A stretch of 61,681 nt of DNA, filler included, from Chiloscyllium plagiosum (Eukaryota): NCBI RefSeq assembly GCF_004010195.1. It is 4 parts of one record of this genome, joined end to end, with 100 filler letters (N's around TTAATTAATTAA, not from the genome) between each part and the next. Parts side by side here need not be neighbours in the genome. Positions count along the whole stretch, not along the records: positions 36,161 to 55,158 come from NC_057712.1; positions 55,259 to 61,681 come from NC_057712.1; 2 more parts are not named here. The stretch is one strand, 5' to 3'. The first letter of the stretch is position 1, and every line of letters begins with the position of its first letter. The notes below the pieces were generated by a model. The model ran no database searches. It was not told the DNA's origin and saw nothing but the letters and a program-made list of their open reading frames with translations. Shown piece after piece: positions 50,378 through 61,681 of this stretch. Made by a program: the position numbers and the translations under genes.

Positions 50378-51242
50378 AGGGTCAGTGCTGAGGGAGTGCC
50401 ACACTGTCGGAGGGTCAGTGCTGAGGGGAGGGAGTGCCACACTGTCGGAGGGTCAGTGCTGAGGGAGTGCCACACTGTCGGAGGGTCAGTGATGAGGGAG
50501 TGCCACACTGGCAGAGGGTCAGCACTGAGGGAGTGGGCACTGTCAGAGGGTCAGTGCTGAGGGAGTGCAGCACTGTCGGAGGGTCAGTGCTGAGGGAGTG
50601 CCGCACTGTCGGAGGGTCAGTGATGAGGGGGTGCCGTACTGTTGGAGGGTCAGCGCTGCGAGAGTGCCGCACTGTTGGAGGGTCAGCGCTGCGGGAGTGG
50701 GCGCTGTCGGAGGGTCACTGCTGAGGGAGTGCCGCACTGTCGGAGGGTCAGCGTTGAGGGAGTGGGCGCAGTGTCGGAGTGGGCGCTGTCGGAGGGTCAG
50801 TGCTGAGGGAGTGGGCGCTGTCGGAAGGTCAGCCCTGAGGGAGTGCCGTGCTGTCGGAGGGTCAGCCCTGAGGGAGTGCCGTGCTGTCGGAGGGTCAGTG
50901 CTGAGGGAGTGCTGCACTGTCGGAGGGTCAGTGCTGAGGGAGTGCTGCACTGTCGGAGGGTCAGTGCTGAGGGAGTGCCGCACTGTCAGAGGGTCAGTGC
51001 TGAGGGAGTGGGCACTGTCGGAGGGTCAGTGCTGAGGGAGTGCCGCACTGTTGGACGGTCAGCACTGAGGGAGTGGGCATTGTCACAGGATCAGTGCTGA
51101 GGGAGTGGGCACTGTCAGAGGGTCAGTGCTGAGGGAGTGGGCACTGTCGGAAGGTCAGCGCTGAAGGAGTGCCGCACATCGGAGGGTCAGTGCTGAGGGA
51201 GTGGGCACTGTCGGAAGGTCAGCGCTGAAGGAGTGCCGCACT
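50378..51242 (-). repeat. 33-bp minisatellite type A, about 26 units
   Basis: cactgtcggagggtcagtgctgagggagtgccg repeated on the plus strand. Confidence 0.96.
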
Positions 51243-51389
51243 TTTGTAGTTATTGTCCTTCCAATGAAGCTGTGTCTGCTCTTTACAGTGAGGTATAAGA
51301 ACCTAATTGAGACTGAACTCTGAGCTTGGGGGTGTTTACTCCCTGGTGTCCTATTGTGATAATTATCTTATTTTAAATTCATTTTTTCT

Positions 51390-52735
51390 CCCTGGTGTCG
51401 CTGGCTGGGCCCAGCCTTTTATTGTCTGCCTCTCGTTGCTCGAGAATGTGGAAGAGAGCAGTTTTCTTGAATCGCTGCAGTCTACCAGCTGTGGGTTGAC
51501 ACACAATGCCCTTGGGAAATAATTCCAGGATTTTGACCCAGTGACTCTGAAGGAACTGCAATTTCAGTCAGGATGGTGAGTGGCACGGAGGGGAACTTGC
51601 AGGGGGTGGTGTTCCCCTGTATCTGCTGCCCCTTGTCCTTCCAGATGGAAGTGTCCATGGGTTTGGAAGGTGCTGTGTGAGGATCTTCGGTGAATTTCTG
51701 CAGTGTGTCTTGTTGATAGCACACACTGCTGCGAGTGAGTATCAGTGGCAGAGGGAGTGGATGTTTGTGGATGTGGTGCCAATCAAGCAGCTGCTTTGTC
51801 CTGGATGGTGTCAAGCTTCCAGAGTGTTGTTAGAGCTGCCCCCATCCAGGCAAGTGGGGAGCATTCTGTCACACTCCTGACTTGTGCCTTGGAGATAGTG
51901 GACAGAGTTTGGGAAGTCAGCAGGTCAGTTACTCACTGCAGTATCCCTAGCCTCTGACCTGCTCTTGTAGCCAATGTGTTTATGTGATGAGTCTAGTGGA
52001 GTTTCTGGTCAATGTTAACCCCCAGGACATTGACACTGGGGAATTCAGTGATGGTAACACCACTGAATGTCAAGGGATGGGAGTAAGATTGCCTCTTATT
52101 GGTGATGATCATAACGTGGCATGTGCAGGGCACGGACGTTACTTGCCACTTGTCAGGCCAAACCTGGACATTGTCCAAATGCAACAAGATCTGGACACAG
52201 ACTGCTTCAGTATCTGAGTCATTGTGCAGTTATCAGTGAACATCTCCACTTCTAACCTTATGATGGTGGGTAAGTCATTGATGAAGCAGCTGAAGATGGT
52301 TGGGCCTAGGACACTACCCTGAGGAACTCCCGCAGAGATGTCCTGGAGCTGAGATGACTGACCTCCAACAACCACAACATCTTTGTATCTGCTGGATATG
52401 ACTAACCACCAGAGAATTTGCCTCAGCTTCCCACTGACTCCAGTTTTGCTCGGGCTCCTTGATGCTATTCTCTGTCAAATGCAGCCTTGATGTCAAAGGT
52501 TGTCCCTCTCCCCTCCCCTCTGGCATTCAGCTCTTTTGTCCATGTTTGACCCAAGGCTGGAATGAGGTCAGGAGCTGAGTGGCCCTGGGGGAATCCAAAC
52601 TGGGTGTGAGTAAGCAGATGCTGCTTCATCGCACCTTCTATCATGTTACTGATGATGGAGCAGTAACTGGCTGGATTGCATTTGTCCTGCTTTTTCTGTA
52701 GAGGACATACCTGGACAATTTCCCACATTGTCAGG
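51390..52735 (-). mobile_element. CR1-clade LINE (same family as 48950), decayed ORF2
   Basis: [44 protein letters not shown]. Confidence 0.88.
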
Positions 52736-53249
52736 GAGATACCAGCTTCATAGCAATGAAGGAGGTGACCATCTTATCATCACCAAGTGTGTCTCAGGAC
52801 CCTTCCCACCCCCATTCCTTCTCTTCTCAAGTCTCCTGTCAGTTGATCATGAAGTCAAATGCTCACATTACAGAAGAGGCATTACTGTAGAAAAGACCCA
52901 ACAGTTTCTCTGTACACGGAGATCTGTATTTATACAGAATGAGGCAATTTCTGCACAATGGCAAAAATAATCAAGAGCAGTAAAACAGCTGAAAGAGGGA
53001 TATCGCCTAATAAACTAAATCCCACCACGAATACTGCACCTGCATAACAGCCCCCCCCCCCAACACCCCTTTGCGTGGCTGATGAGCCTGATTGTGAAGT
53101 CACAACAACACCACATCTGGCACGTGTTTTCAGAAGGTGGAACTGGACCTCGGCCTTTCGTTCGTTGGTAATCCTTTCTCTGGTTCATTTCCCATACTTC
53201 CTCTGGTTGCCTGGTATTCTGAAAGTACTGCATCTGTATTTGTCCTTAT

Positions 53250-53877
53250 AGTGAGAGTCAGTGTGTGTGGGAGCCGTACCCCAGTGACAGCCATTGTGTG
53301 TTGGAGCCGTACCCCAGTGAGGGTCAGTGTGTGGGAGCTATACCCCAGTGAGAGTCAGTGTGTGTGGGACTGTACCCCAGTGAGAGTCAGTGTGTGTGGG
53401 ACTGTACCCCAGTGACAGCCAGTGTGTGTTGGAGCCGTACCCCAGTGAGAGTCAGTGTGTGGGAGCTATACCCCAGTGAGAGTCAGTGTGTGTGGGACTG
53501 TGCCCCAGTGAGAGTCAGTGTGTGTGGGACTGTACCCCAGTGAGAGCCAGTGTGTGTTGGAGCCATACCCCAGTGAGAGTCAATGTGTGGGAGCTATACC
53601 CCAGTGAGAGTCAATGTGTGTGGGACTGTACCCCAGTGAGAATCAGTGTGTGTGGGAGCTGTACCCCAGTGAGAGTCAGTGTGTGTGGGAGCTGTACCCC
53701 AGTGACAGCCAGTGTGTGTTGGAGCCGTACCCCAGAGAGAGTCAGTGTGTGTGGGACATACCCCAGTGAGAGTCAGTGTGTGTGGGACTGTACCCCAGTG
53801 AGAGTCAGTGTGTGTGGGAGCTGTACCCCAGTGAGAGTCAGTATGTGTGGGACTGTAGCCCAGTGAGAGTCAGTGTG
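53250..53877 (-). repeat. 33-bp minisatellite type B, about 19 units, opposite orientation to 38390-39337
   Basis: gtgagagtcagtgtgtgtgggagctgtacccca repeated on the plus strand. Confidence 0.96.
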
Positions 53878-55039
53878 CTCTATCAGCATTCCTGTCTCAG
53901 TCAGGTGCAAATCCCACGGCAGGAAGCAATAATGCAGCTCTGGCCTGTCACTCCTAGTGATATTCGAATGGGAGGCTGTACTGTTGAATATGCAGTCTTT
54001 CAAATCAGATGTTAAACCCAAACCTCAGTTACCAGGTTGGATTGTTATCTCTGTCAAACCTCAAACGTTGAAACACAAAGCATCAACACGAAGCCTGGCT
54101 CTTGTGTTGTTGTTTGTGGATGGTTGCTGTGTGCAAGTTGGCTGTATTGTTCTCTACATTACAACTGTGTGCTCAAAGTATTTCATGATTTATAAAACAC
54201 ACAGACACAGCTGGTGATTAAAGCACTTTATAAATCAAACTCTATATGTTCAAAAGTTCTTGGATGGGTATGTATCATTATCTGGGCTGGTATATACAGC
54301 AATGCCCTCAGTGCTGTGTGTCTGGAGTCAAAGGCAGGCCACACCAGGTGTGGGAGTTTGACCTCAAGTCCCCAGAGTCTTAACCCGAGGACCTGGATTT
54401 CCCAAACCGTGACAATATGACGATGCCAACATTCCACCACCCCACCCCCTCCCGGCCCGACCCCGACCCTGACCCCGGGTTTGTCAGAATGTGATCAGTG
54501 CACATCAGAATCAGCACAGCAACTCATTATCAGAAGAGACGCATAAGCAGCTGGGAGCTGATGTATCCTAAAGATATATCACTGTATCAGCACTTCCTAC
54601 AATTCGGGAAAGAGATTTTTTTTCTCTCTTTCAGATTATTGAGGTCTGCTAGCTGGAGGTGGTCAGTGTAACGGTGTATTCATGGGTGGCAGACACACTG
54701 ACGCTCACTGGGCTATGGCCCCAACAGCACTCACCTTTCCTGGATATATTGTCCCCCCCACCCTCCTCTCAGGCACTCCCCTTCCCAGCAGCCCCCATTC
54801 CCTCTGTGAAGGAACAGCTTTTGTTTTTACAGCTGGAAGCTCTCACTTTCACATGTTGGAGAAAAATTAATCTTTTTTTGGCAAAGCAAGATCCTTTTTG
54901 GAGGAATCTCTGCCTCTTTGTAACTAAGTCTTGAGCAACAGGAATATTCTAACAGCAGAAGGGGGAGGGAGAGGGAGAGAAGGAGAAGGGGAGAGATAGT
55001 GGGAGGAGGGGAACAGGAAGAGGGGAATAGGAGTCAGAG

Positions 55040-55350
55040 AGCGAGCGAAAGAAAGAGAGAGCGAGAAAGAAAGAGAGAAAGAGAGAGGGGGAGAGAGAGA
55101 GCGCGAGAGAGCGCGAGAGAGCGCGAGAGAGCGCGAGAGAGCGCGAGAGGGCGCGAAANNNNNNNNNNNNNNNNNNNNNNNNNNNNNNNNNNNNNNNNNN
55201 NNTTAATTAATTAANNNNNNNNNNNNNNNNNNNNNNNNNNNNNNNNNNNNNNNNNNNNAGGAAGGAAGGAAGGAAGGAAGGAAGGAAGGAAGGAAGGAAG
55301 GAAGGAAGGGAGACAGAGAAAGAAGAGAGAAAGAAAAGAGAGAGAGAGGT
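55040..55350 (+). repeat. GA-rich simple repeats, (GAGAGCGCGA)n and (GGAA)n, around a scaffold gap
   Basis: Direct reading. Confidence 0.9.
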
Positions 55351-56399
55351 GGAGGGGACAGAAATCGAGAGCAAGAGAGGCCATAGCAAGGGTACAAGAT
55401 GGTTCGACAAATACAGAGGGAGAACAAGGGAGATAGAGACACACAACAGACCCCAGTACAGAGTGATGGAGAGACAGATGGATAAAGAGAAGGTACATGC
55501 TACAGATTGGGTGTGATCTCCCCATTATAAGAATTATATTGGGATAACAAAAAGACAGTGGTGGCAAGATGGGAGAGGAAGAATTTAACCCTCAACACAG
55601 CCAGTCCTTGAAGTGAATGAGAGATGTAGAAAGTGGTTATAAAAACCTTGTGCCCCAAGTATTTACCCAATCACAAATGGCAGGAGATGGTCAATGGTTA
55701 AACAGCTAGGTGCACAAAACAGACTATGAGCACATTGTTTGGATAGACCTTGTTCTCTTTATGACAGTTAGCATAGTTACACTGGAGGGAGGAGGAAACA
55801 TCCAACACCTCAAACTAACCTCCACCCGCTCCAGCTTCTCACAGTAAACCTCTCTCACTTCACCTTGATCATTATCAACCTCCCTCTCACTAACATTGCC
55901 CCCTCCTGATCAACAGTGGCACTACAAGATCCAACATGTGGCTAGTCACACACTCACCCAGCAAACAGCCAGCCCCTGGATAGGTAACAGCCAATAGGAC
56001 ATGCTGCCATTAGGTTCAGGCCTTCGCAGACTACCTGTAAACCCTGGCATTAATTTGTGAATAGGCAAAACTCAGCACCCACTCTTCCCCCCCCTCCCCC
56101 TGTGGAAAGCAAAGGGCACATGGTTACCAGTGACTCAGGCTGCTCCAGAACACAACACCATTCCCTGCATCAAACACTCAGAGTTCATTCACATTCATCG
56201 AAGGTGAGAGTCACATACCTTTTCATCACAGCTTCCAGGGCTTTGTGCTTTTTGTTTTATTAATATCAATAATTAATCCTCACAAATCCATATTAATGCT
56301 GCATCAATGGCTCCTGGGGCAAGAATGCCATCTATGGGAGTATACTTTCATTGGCCTGAAATACTACATACTTATGACTGAATATTAATCATCTAATTT

Positions 56400-58945
56400 T
56401 AAAATTCGAGTAAAGGGAAGATTGCTTAGAACGGAGATAAGGAGAAACTTCTTCAGCCAGGGAGTGGTGAATCTGTGGAATCCATTGCCACAGAAGGCTG
56501 TGGAGACCAGGTCACTGAGGATATTTAAAACTGAGAGGCAGGTTCTTCATTGCCAAATGGATCAAAGGTTATGGGAGAAAGCAGTTTTTTCAACTCCATT
56601 TTCCTATCGGCCCTGATTGAATGGTGGAGCAGACTCGACGGGCCAAATGGCCTTATGGTCTTATTCTCTTCATTCTGGGGCTGTGGACTCAGGTCCAGTC
56701 TTTCCTAGGAGTGGAAACATCTCCATATCCACTCTATTCCTCTCTCAGTATTCTGTCAATTTCAATGTGATCTCCCCCATTCTTCTAAACTGCATCGAGT
56801 ACAGACCCAGAGTCCTCAGCCACTCTTCATATGACAAGCTCTTCATCCCTGGAATCATGCTTGTAAACCTTCGTCTGGACCACCTCCAACGCAACGCATC
56901 TTTCCTTAGATATGGGGCACAAAGCTGCTCACAATACTCCAAAGGCAGTCTGACCAGAGCCTTATAAGGCATCAGCAGTAACTCTCTGCTCTTATATTCT
57001 ATTCTTGGAGAGTCATTGAGTCATACAGCACAGAAACAGATCCTTCAGTCCAACGTGTCCACACCAACACCCCAATCTGACCTAACCCTCTTTGCCAACA
57101 TTTGACCCACATCCCTCCAAAGCTTTCCAATTCATGAAGCCAGCCTAGTGCTTTTTACATTTTGTAATTGTACTCACCTCCATCACTTCCTCTGGTTTAT
57201 ACACGCACACATGCTCCACCCTCATGCATGAAAAAGTTACCTATTAGGGTGTGGGAAAAGACCTACCACCCTGCTACCCATAGTAGGCCCACTCAGAACA
57301 TAGGAAAGCTAACTTGGAAAAACTAAACCAAAAACACCCAGAATGCCTCAGCAGTGACCAAACTGGCTGACAAGCAAAACCAGACAGCACTGGCAGAGAA
57401 GGAAATACACTTCCCAAAAACACACTAACTATACCCGGTCAACACAGCTGTCCCAAAGCCTGAGGGCTGTCTCATAACACAGCAATACCAAAGCCACACA
57501 AAGAACAGGTCAGACGGAGAGGCACCACCAGGGACATCGCTCCCAGGACAGGACAATGGACTCTACTGTTTCAAAAGAGACATTCTCACCTACCTGCAAA
57601 GAGAACTGGAATCTCCTGACCCATTGATACTGTCAGGATGTTGCACTGCATCAAGAATCAGGACATTCATCTGATAACTGTTTTTCAATTGACATTATTG
57701 TAACTGGATTACTCCATTTCCAAATACATTGTACTTTTCCCCATTTTAATTAATCTTAATGTACAAGATTTCTATAAAACCTGGCTTCACCCTCAGCCTG
57801 AGGAAGAGAACCCTTGATCTATCTGCACAGACTGTCAGTTCTGGGTCAGCCTGGTCAATTTCTCTTCCAGCCATATCACTTGTAATAAACAGCTTGTCAA
57901 TTTCACCCGATCTGCACTTGTGTGGTCTTTGCTTTATTGGGCTAATTTCTCCAACACAAGGCCTCTTTAAATCTGGAACTTCTCACCTTAAACTTATGCC
58001 CTCTAGTTCTGGACGCCCTCATCCTGGGGAAAAGACTTTAGCTTTCACCTATCCATGTCCCTCACAATTTTCTAAAGCTTGATAAGCTCACCCCTCAGCC
58101 TCTGACGCTCCAGGGGAAAAAAGCCCCTGCCTGTTCAACCTCTCCCTAAAGCTCAAACCTTGCACTCCTACCAACACTCTCAAACTTGAGAGAGTCCAGA
58201 GAGGATTTAACAACATCCTTCTGTTATAAAAGGTGACCAGAACTGTCAGCAGTATTCCAGATGTGGTCTAACCAATGTCCTGTACAACTGCAACATAACA
58301 TCCCAACTCATATACTCAATGCTGAGCGATGAAGGAAAGCATACCAAACGCCTTCTTCACTATCCTATCTACCTGCGACTCCACTTTCAAGGAGCTATGA
58401 ACTTGCACTCCAAGGTCTCTTTGTTCAGCAACACTCCCTAGGACCTTACCATTCAGTGTACAAGTCCTGCCCTGATTTGCTTTTCCAAAATGCAACACCT
58501 CACATTTATCTAAATTAAACTCCATAAGCCACTCCTCGGCCCATTGGCCTATCTGACCATGGTACCATTGTACTCTGAGATAACCTTCTTTGCTGACAAC
58601 TACACCACTACAATATCTGTAAACTTAATAACCATACCTCCTAAACCCACATCCAAACCACTTATATTGACGATAAACAGTGGACACAGCCCAGATCCTT
58701 GTGGGACACTGCTGGTCACAGGCCTCCAGTCCAAAAAGCAACCCTCTACCACCAACTTCTGTCTCCCATCTTCAAGCCAATTTTGTATCCAATTGGCTAA
58801 CTCCCCCAGATCCCATGTGATCCAACCTTAATCAGTCAACCATGAGGAATCTTGTTGAATGTTTGACTGAAGTCCATACAAAGTTGATCACTCTGCCTTC
58901 ATCAATGTCTTTGTCACCTCTTCAAATAACCCAATCAAGTTTGTG
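56400..58945. mobile_element. Cluster of CR1 fragments (56400-56660 plus; 56670-57000, 57015-57240 and 57960-58945 minus)
   Basis: RRNFFSQGVVNLWNPLPQ; LVRLPLEYCEQ; MEFNLDKCEVLHFG. Confidence 0.85.
57243..57956 (+). mobile_element. Probable solo LTR inserted in CR1
   Basis: About 710-bp block splits continuous CR1 sequence; ends tattagg...ccaaca; TATAAAA near 57773 and AATAAA near 57884; no clear TSD. Confidence 0.55.
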
Positions 58946-59169
58946 CTTCAGATATCTGAAGCCTGTGTAGAAAATAACACATCCCTGTATTTTACTAACT
59001 AATGTATATAAACTCACATTTTCCCACATTCTATTCTATCTTTGCCATTTCTTTGCCCAGTGTCCTAGTCTGTCCAAATCCTTCTGTAGCCTCCCCACAT
59101 CCCTAACACTACCTATCTCTCCATCCATTTTTGTGTCAGTTGCAAATTTAGCAACAGTGCCCTCAGTTC

Positions 59170-60505
59170 ACAGAACATAGAACATTACAGTGCAGTATAG
59201 GCCCGTAGGCCCTCAATGTTACGCTGACCTATTAAATTAATCTGATGCCCTTCTAACCTACACCATTCCATTATTATTCATATGCATGTTCAAGGCCCTT
59301 AATGTCAGAGAGTCTACTACTGTTGCAGGCAGGCTGTTCCACTCCAAGTAAAGAAACTACCCCGATATCTGTCTTAAATCTATCACCCTTCAATTTAAAG
59401 CTATGTCCCCTCATGTTAGTCTTTACTATCAGAGGGAAAAGGCTCTCACAGTCCACCCTATCTAATCCTCTGATTATCTTATATGTCTCAATTAAGTCAC
59501 TTCTCAACCTTCTTCTCTTCAACGAAAACAGCCTCAGTTCCGTCAGCCTTTCCTCGTAAGGCCTTCCCTCCATACCAAGCAGCATCCTCATAAATCTCCT
59601 CTCAACCCTTTCAAAAGCTTCCACGTCCTTCCTATAACGTGGTGAACAGAACTGCACGCAATGCTCCAGGTGCAACCTTACCAGTGTCTTGTACAGCTGA
59701 AGCGTGACCTCGTGGCTCTGAAACACAATCCCCCTACCAATAAACGCCAATACACCATATAGCTTCTTAACAACCCTATCAACATTGGTGGCAACTTTCA
59801 GGGATTTATGCACCCAGACACAGATCTCTCTTTTCATCTACACTGCCAAGACTTTTACCATTAACCCAGTACTCTGCATTCCTGTTACTCCTTCTAAAGT
59901 GAACTACCTCACACTTTTCCACATTAAACTCCATTTGCCACTTTTCAGCCCAGCTCTGCAGCTTATCTATGTCTCTCTGTAACCCACAACATCCTTCGAC
60001 ACTATCCACAACACCACCAACCTTAGTGTCATATGTAAATTTACTAACCCATCCTTCTATGCCCTCACCCAGGTCATTTACTAAAATGACAAATAGCTGT
60101 GGCCCCAAAACAGATCCTTGCGGTACCCCACCAGTAACTAAACTCCAGGATGAACATTTTCCATGAACCACCATCCTCTGTCTTCTTTCAGCTAGTCAAT
60201 TCCTGATCTAAACCGCTGAATCACCCCCAATCCCATCCTCCATATTTTCTGCAATAGCCTACTGTAAGGGAACATTATCAAGCACTTTACTGAAATCCAT
60301 ATACATCACATCAACCGCTTTCTTCTCATCCACCTGTCTGGTCACCATCTCAAAGAACTCAATAAGGTTTGTGAGGCATGACCTACCCCTCACAAAACCC
60401 TAATCAAATTGTTCCTTTCTAAATTATTATAAATCCCCTCTCTTATAATCCTATCCAACACTTTACCCATAACAAAGTAAGGCTCACTGGTCTATAATTA
60501 CCAGT
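59170..60505 (-). mobile_element. CR1 LINE ORF2 remnant with 3' tail
   Basis: [31 protein letters not shown]. Confidence 0.92.
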
Positions 60506-61159
60506 GTTGACACAACACTGTAGACATTGTTTTTTGTTCAATGCTGCTGTTGAGGGGTCAGTCTTCTGACCTAGGGATTCTGCATATCTGACCAGTGAAA
60601 ATTAGGAAATGGTTTACTTTGACTCAAGTACTGATGTGGACATATTGTGACACATTACAAATTGTGTTATGTCTTTTAAATCAAACTACAATATATCAAT
60701 TTTTAGTTTTCGTTAACTGAAATATTAACTTGTCAGATATGGACTGGTAACCTCTCATTTCAATAAATATTTGACATCCCAGTGCTTAATTAGTGTTGCA
60801 GAATTAACTACGGATTCACTCATCAGAAAAAGCGCACATCAGCCATTAGTTATAAGTCACTATTTGAAATTGCTCACAGTAATGGATACTCTGTACAATA
60901 ACATCTGAAAAAAAAATCATGTTACAGTAAATGGTATATTGGAGCATTGATGTTTAAACTGAACTTCATAGGTGTACTGTTTAAATTCTCATCGCTCAAC
61001 AATTTGATGACTATTGCTCAACAGCCTGTGAAGGTTGCAGTTACATTTGCAGAATTTTATCTAATAAAGGTGATGATGTGCGTTATGGTGGTGAAGGATG
61101 CTAGTCATGTATAGTCTAGTCAAATGGTTTAAAACGTTGACTGTCTGAATCCATTTCCA

Positions 61160-61425
61160 AAATGTTCCAAGGAAGGATCACCAAATCCAAAACATTAACT
61201 CTGCTTTCTCTCCACAAATGCTGACAGACCTGCTGAGTTTTTCTAGCAATTTCTGTTTTTGTTGAAGTTATCAATTTCAACACTGAAACCTCAAGGCAGT
61301 AAAATACCTCGGCAAAATGAGAAATTGCTCCTGGAGTTTGTGTTGTGTTTTGTTGGAACTTTGCAGCAGGCCCAGAACGGAAATGTTAGCACCAGCCCCT
61401 GTGGGATGCTGACATTGGAATGGAG
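61160..61425. mobile_element. Old PLE remnants (degenerate terminus arm and minus-strand GIY-YIG C-terminus)
   Basis: Minus strand NISVLGLLQSSNKTQHKLQEQFLI; arm aacattaactctgctttctctccacaaatgctgacagacctgctgag. Confidence 0.6.
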
Positions 61426-61431
61426 GGTGAT

Positions 61432-61681
61432 GGCTGAAACTTTATTGCTGGAACAGCACAGCAGGTCAGGCAGCATCTAGGGAACAGAAGATTCGACGTT
61501 TCGGGCACATGCCCTTCTTCAGGAATGAGCAGAGAGTGTTCAGCAGGAGAAGATAAAAGGTAGGGAGGAGGGACTTGGAGGAGGGGCGTTGGAAATGTGA
61601 TAGGTGGAAAGAGGTCAAGGTGAGGGTGATAGGTCGAAGTAGGATGGAGGCGGAGAGGTCAAGAAAAAGACTGCAGGTCAG
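61432..61681 (-). mobile_element. Young PLE terminal repeat with intact hammerhead at 61491-61526 (runs off the window)
   Basis: Minus strand attc-CTGAAGA-A-GGGC-atgt-GCCC-GAAACGTC-gaat, followed by the same arm as 5633-5694 and preceded by pyrimidine-rich sequence. Confidence 0.85.

Noticed and set aside
54728..54800. Strong minus-strand donor AAG|GTGAGT as a possible alternative VAV2 first exon
   Set aside because: The nearest ATG frame hits TGA before the donor, there is no similarity to VAV2 exon 2, and no transcript evidence is available.

Overview
Vertebrate genomic DNA, inferred to be from a cartilaginous fish (shark), based on HE1-type tRNA-derived SINEs, CR1 and Penelope families and 33-bp minisatellites. 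The only host gene is VAV2 on the minus strand. Eight coding exons were read directly: the late CH/acidic region, a 15-nt microexon, the SH2 end, an 87-nt cassette exon and the C-terminal SH3. The DH-PH-C1-SH3-SH2 middle is absent, across an artificial N/TTAATTAATTAA scaffold gap. The rest is repeat-rich: many CR1 LINEs, about 15 SINEs, a decayed Gypsy element, a Tx1 fragment, a Tigger-like MITE, several Penelope-like (PLE) remnants and five types of tandem array. The most unusual signal is a set of short (about 120-260 bp) PLE-terminus-derived insertions with 13-15 bp target-site duplications. They carry minimal type I hammerhead ribozyme cores and are often built as long palindromes with a fixed 36-nt one-sided tail. 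Also notable are nested inverted minisatellite arrays around VAV2 exons 3-4 and a 4-kb, almost invariant, CpG-rich 32-bp hairpin array. No database searches were run; family names come from motif recognition and many repeat boundaries are approximate.
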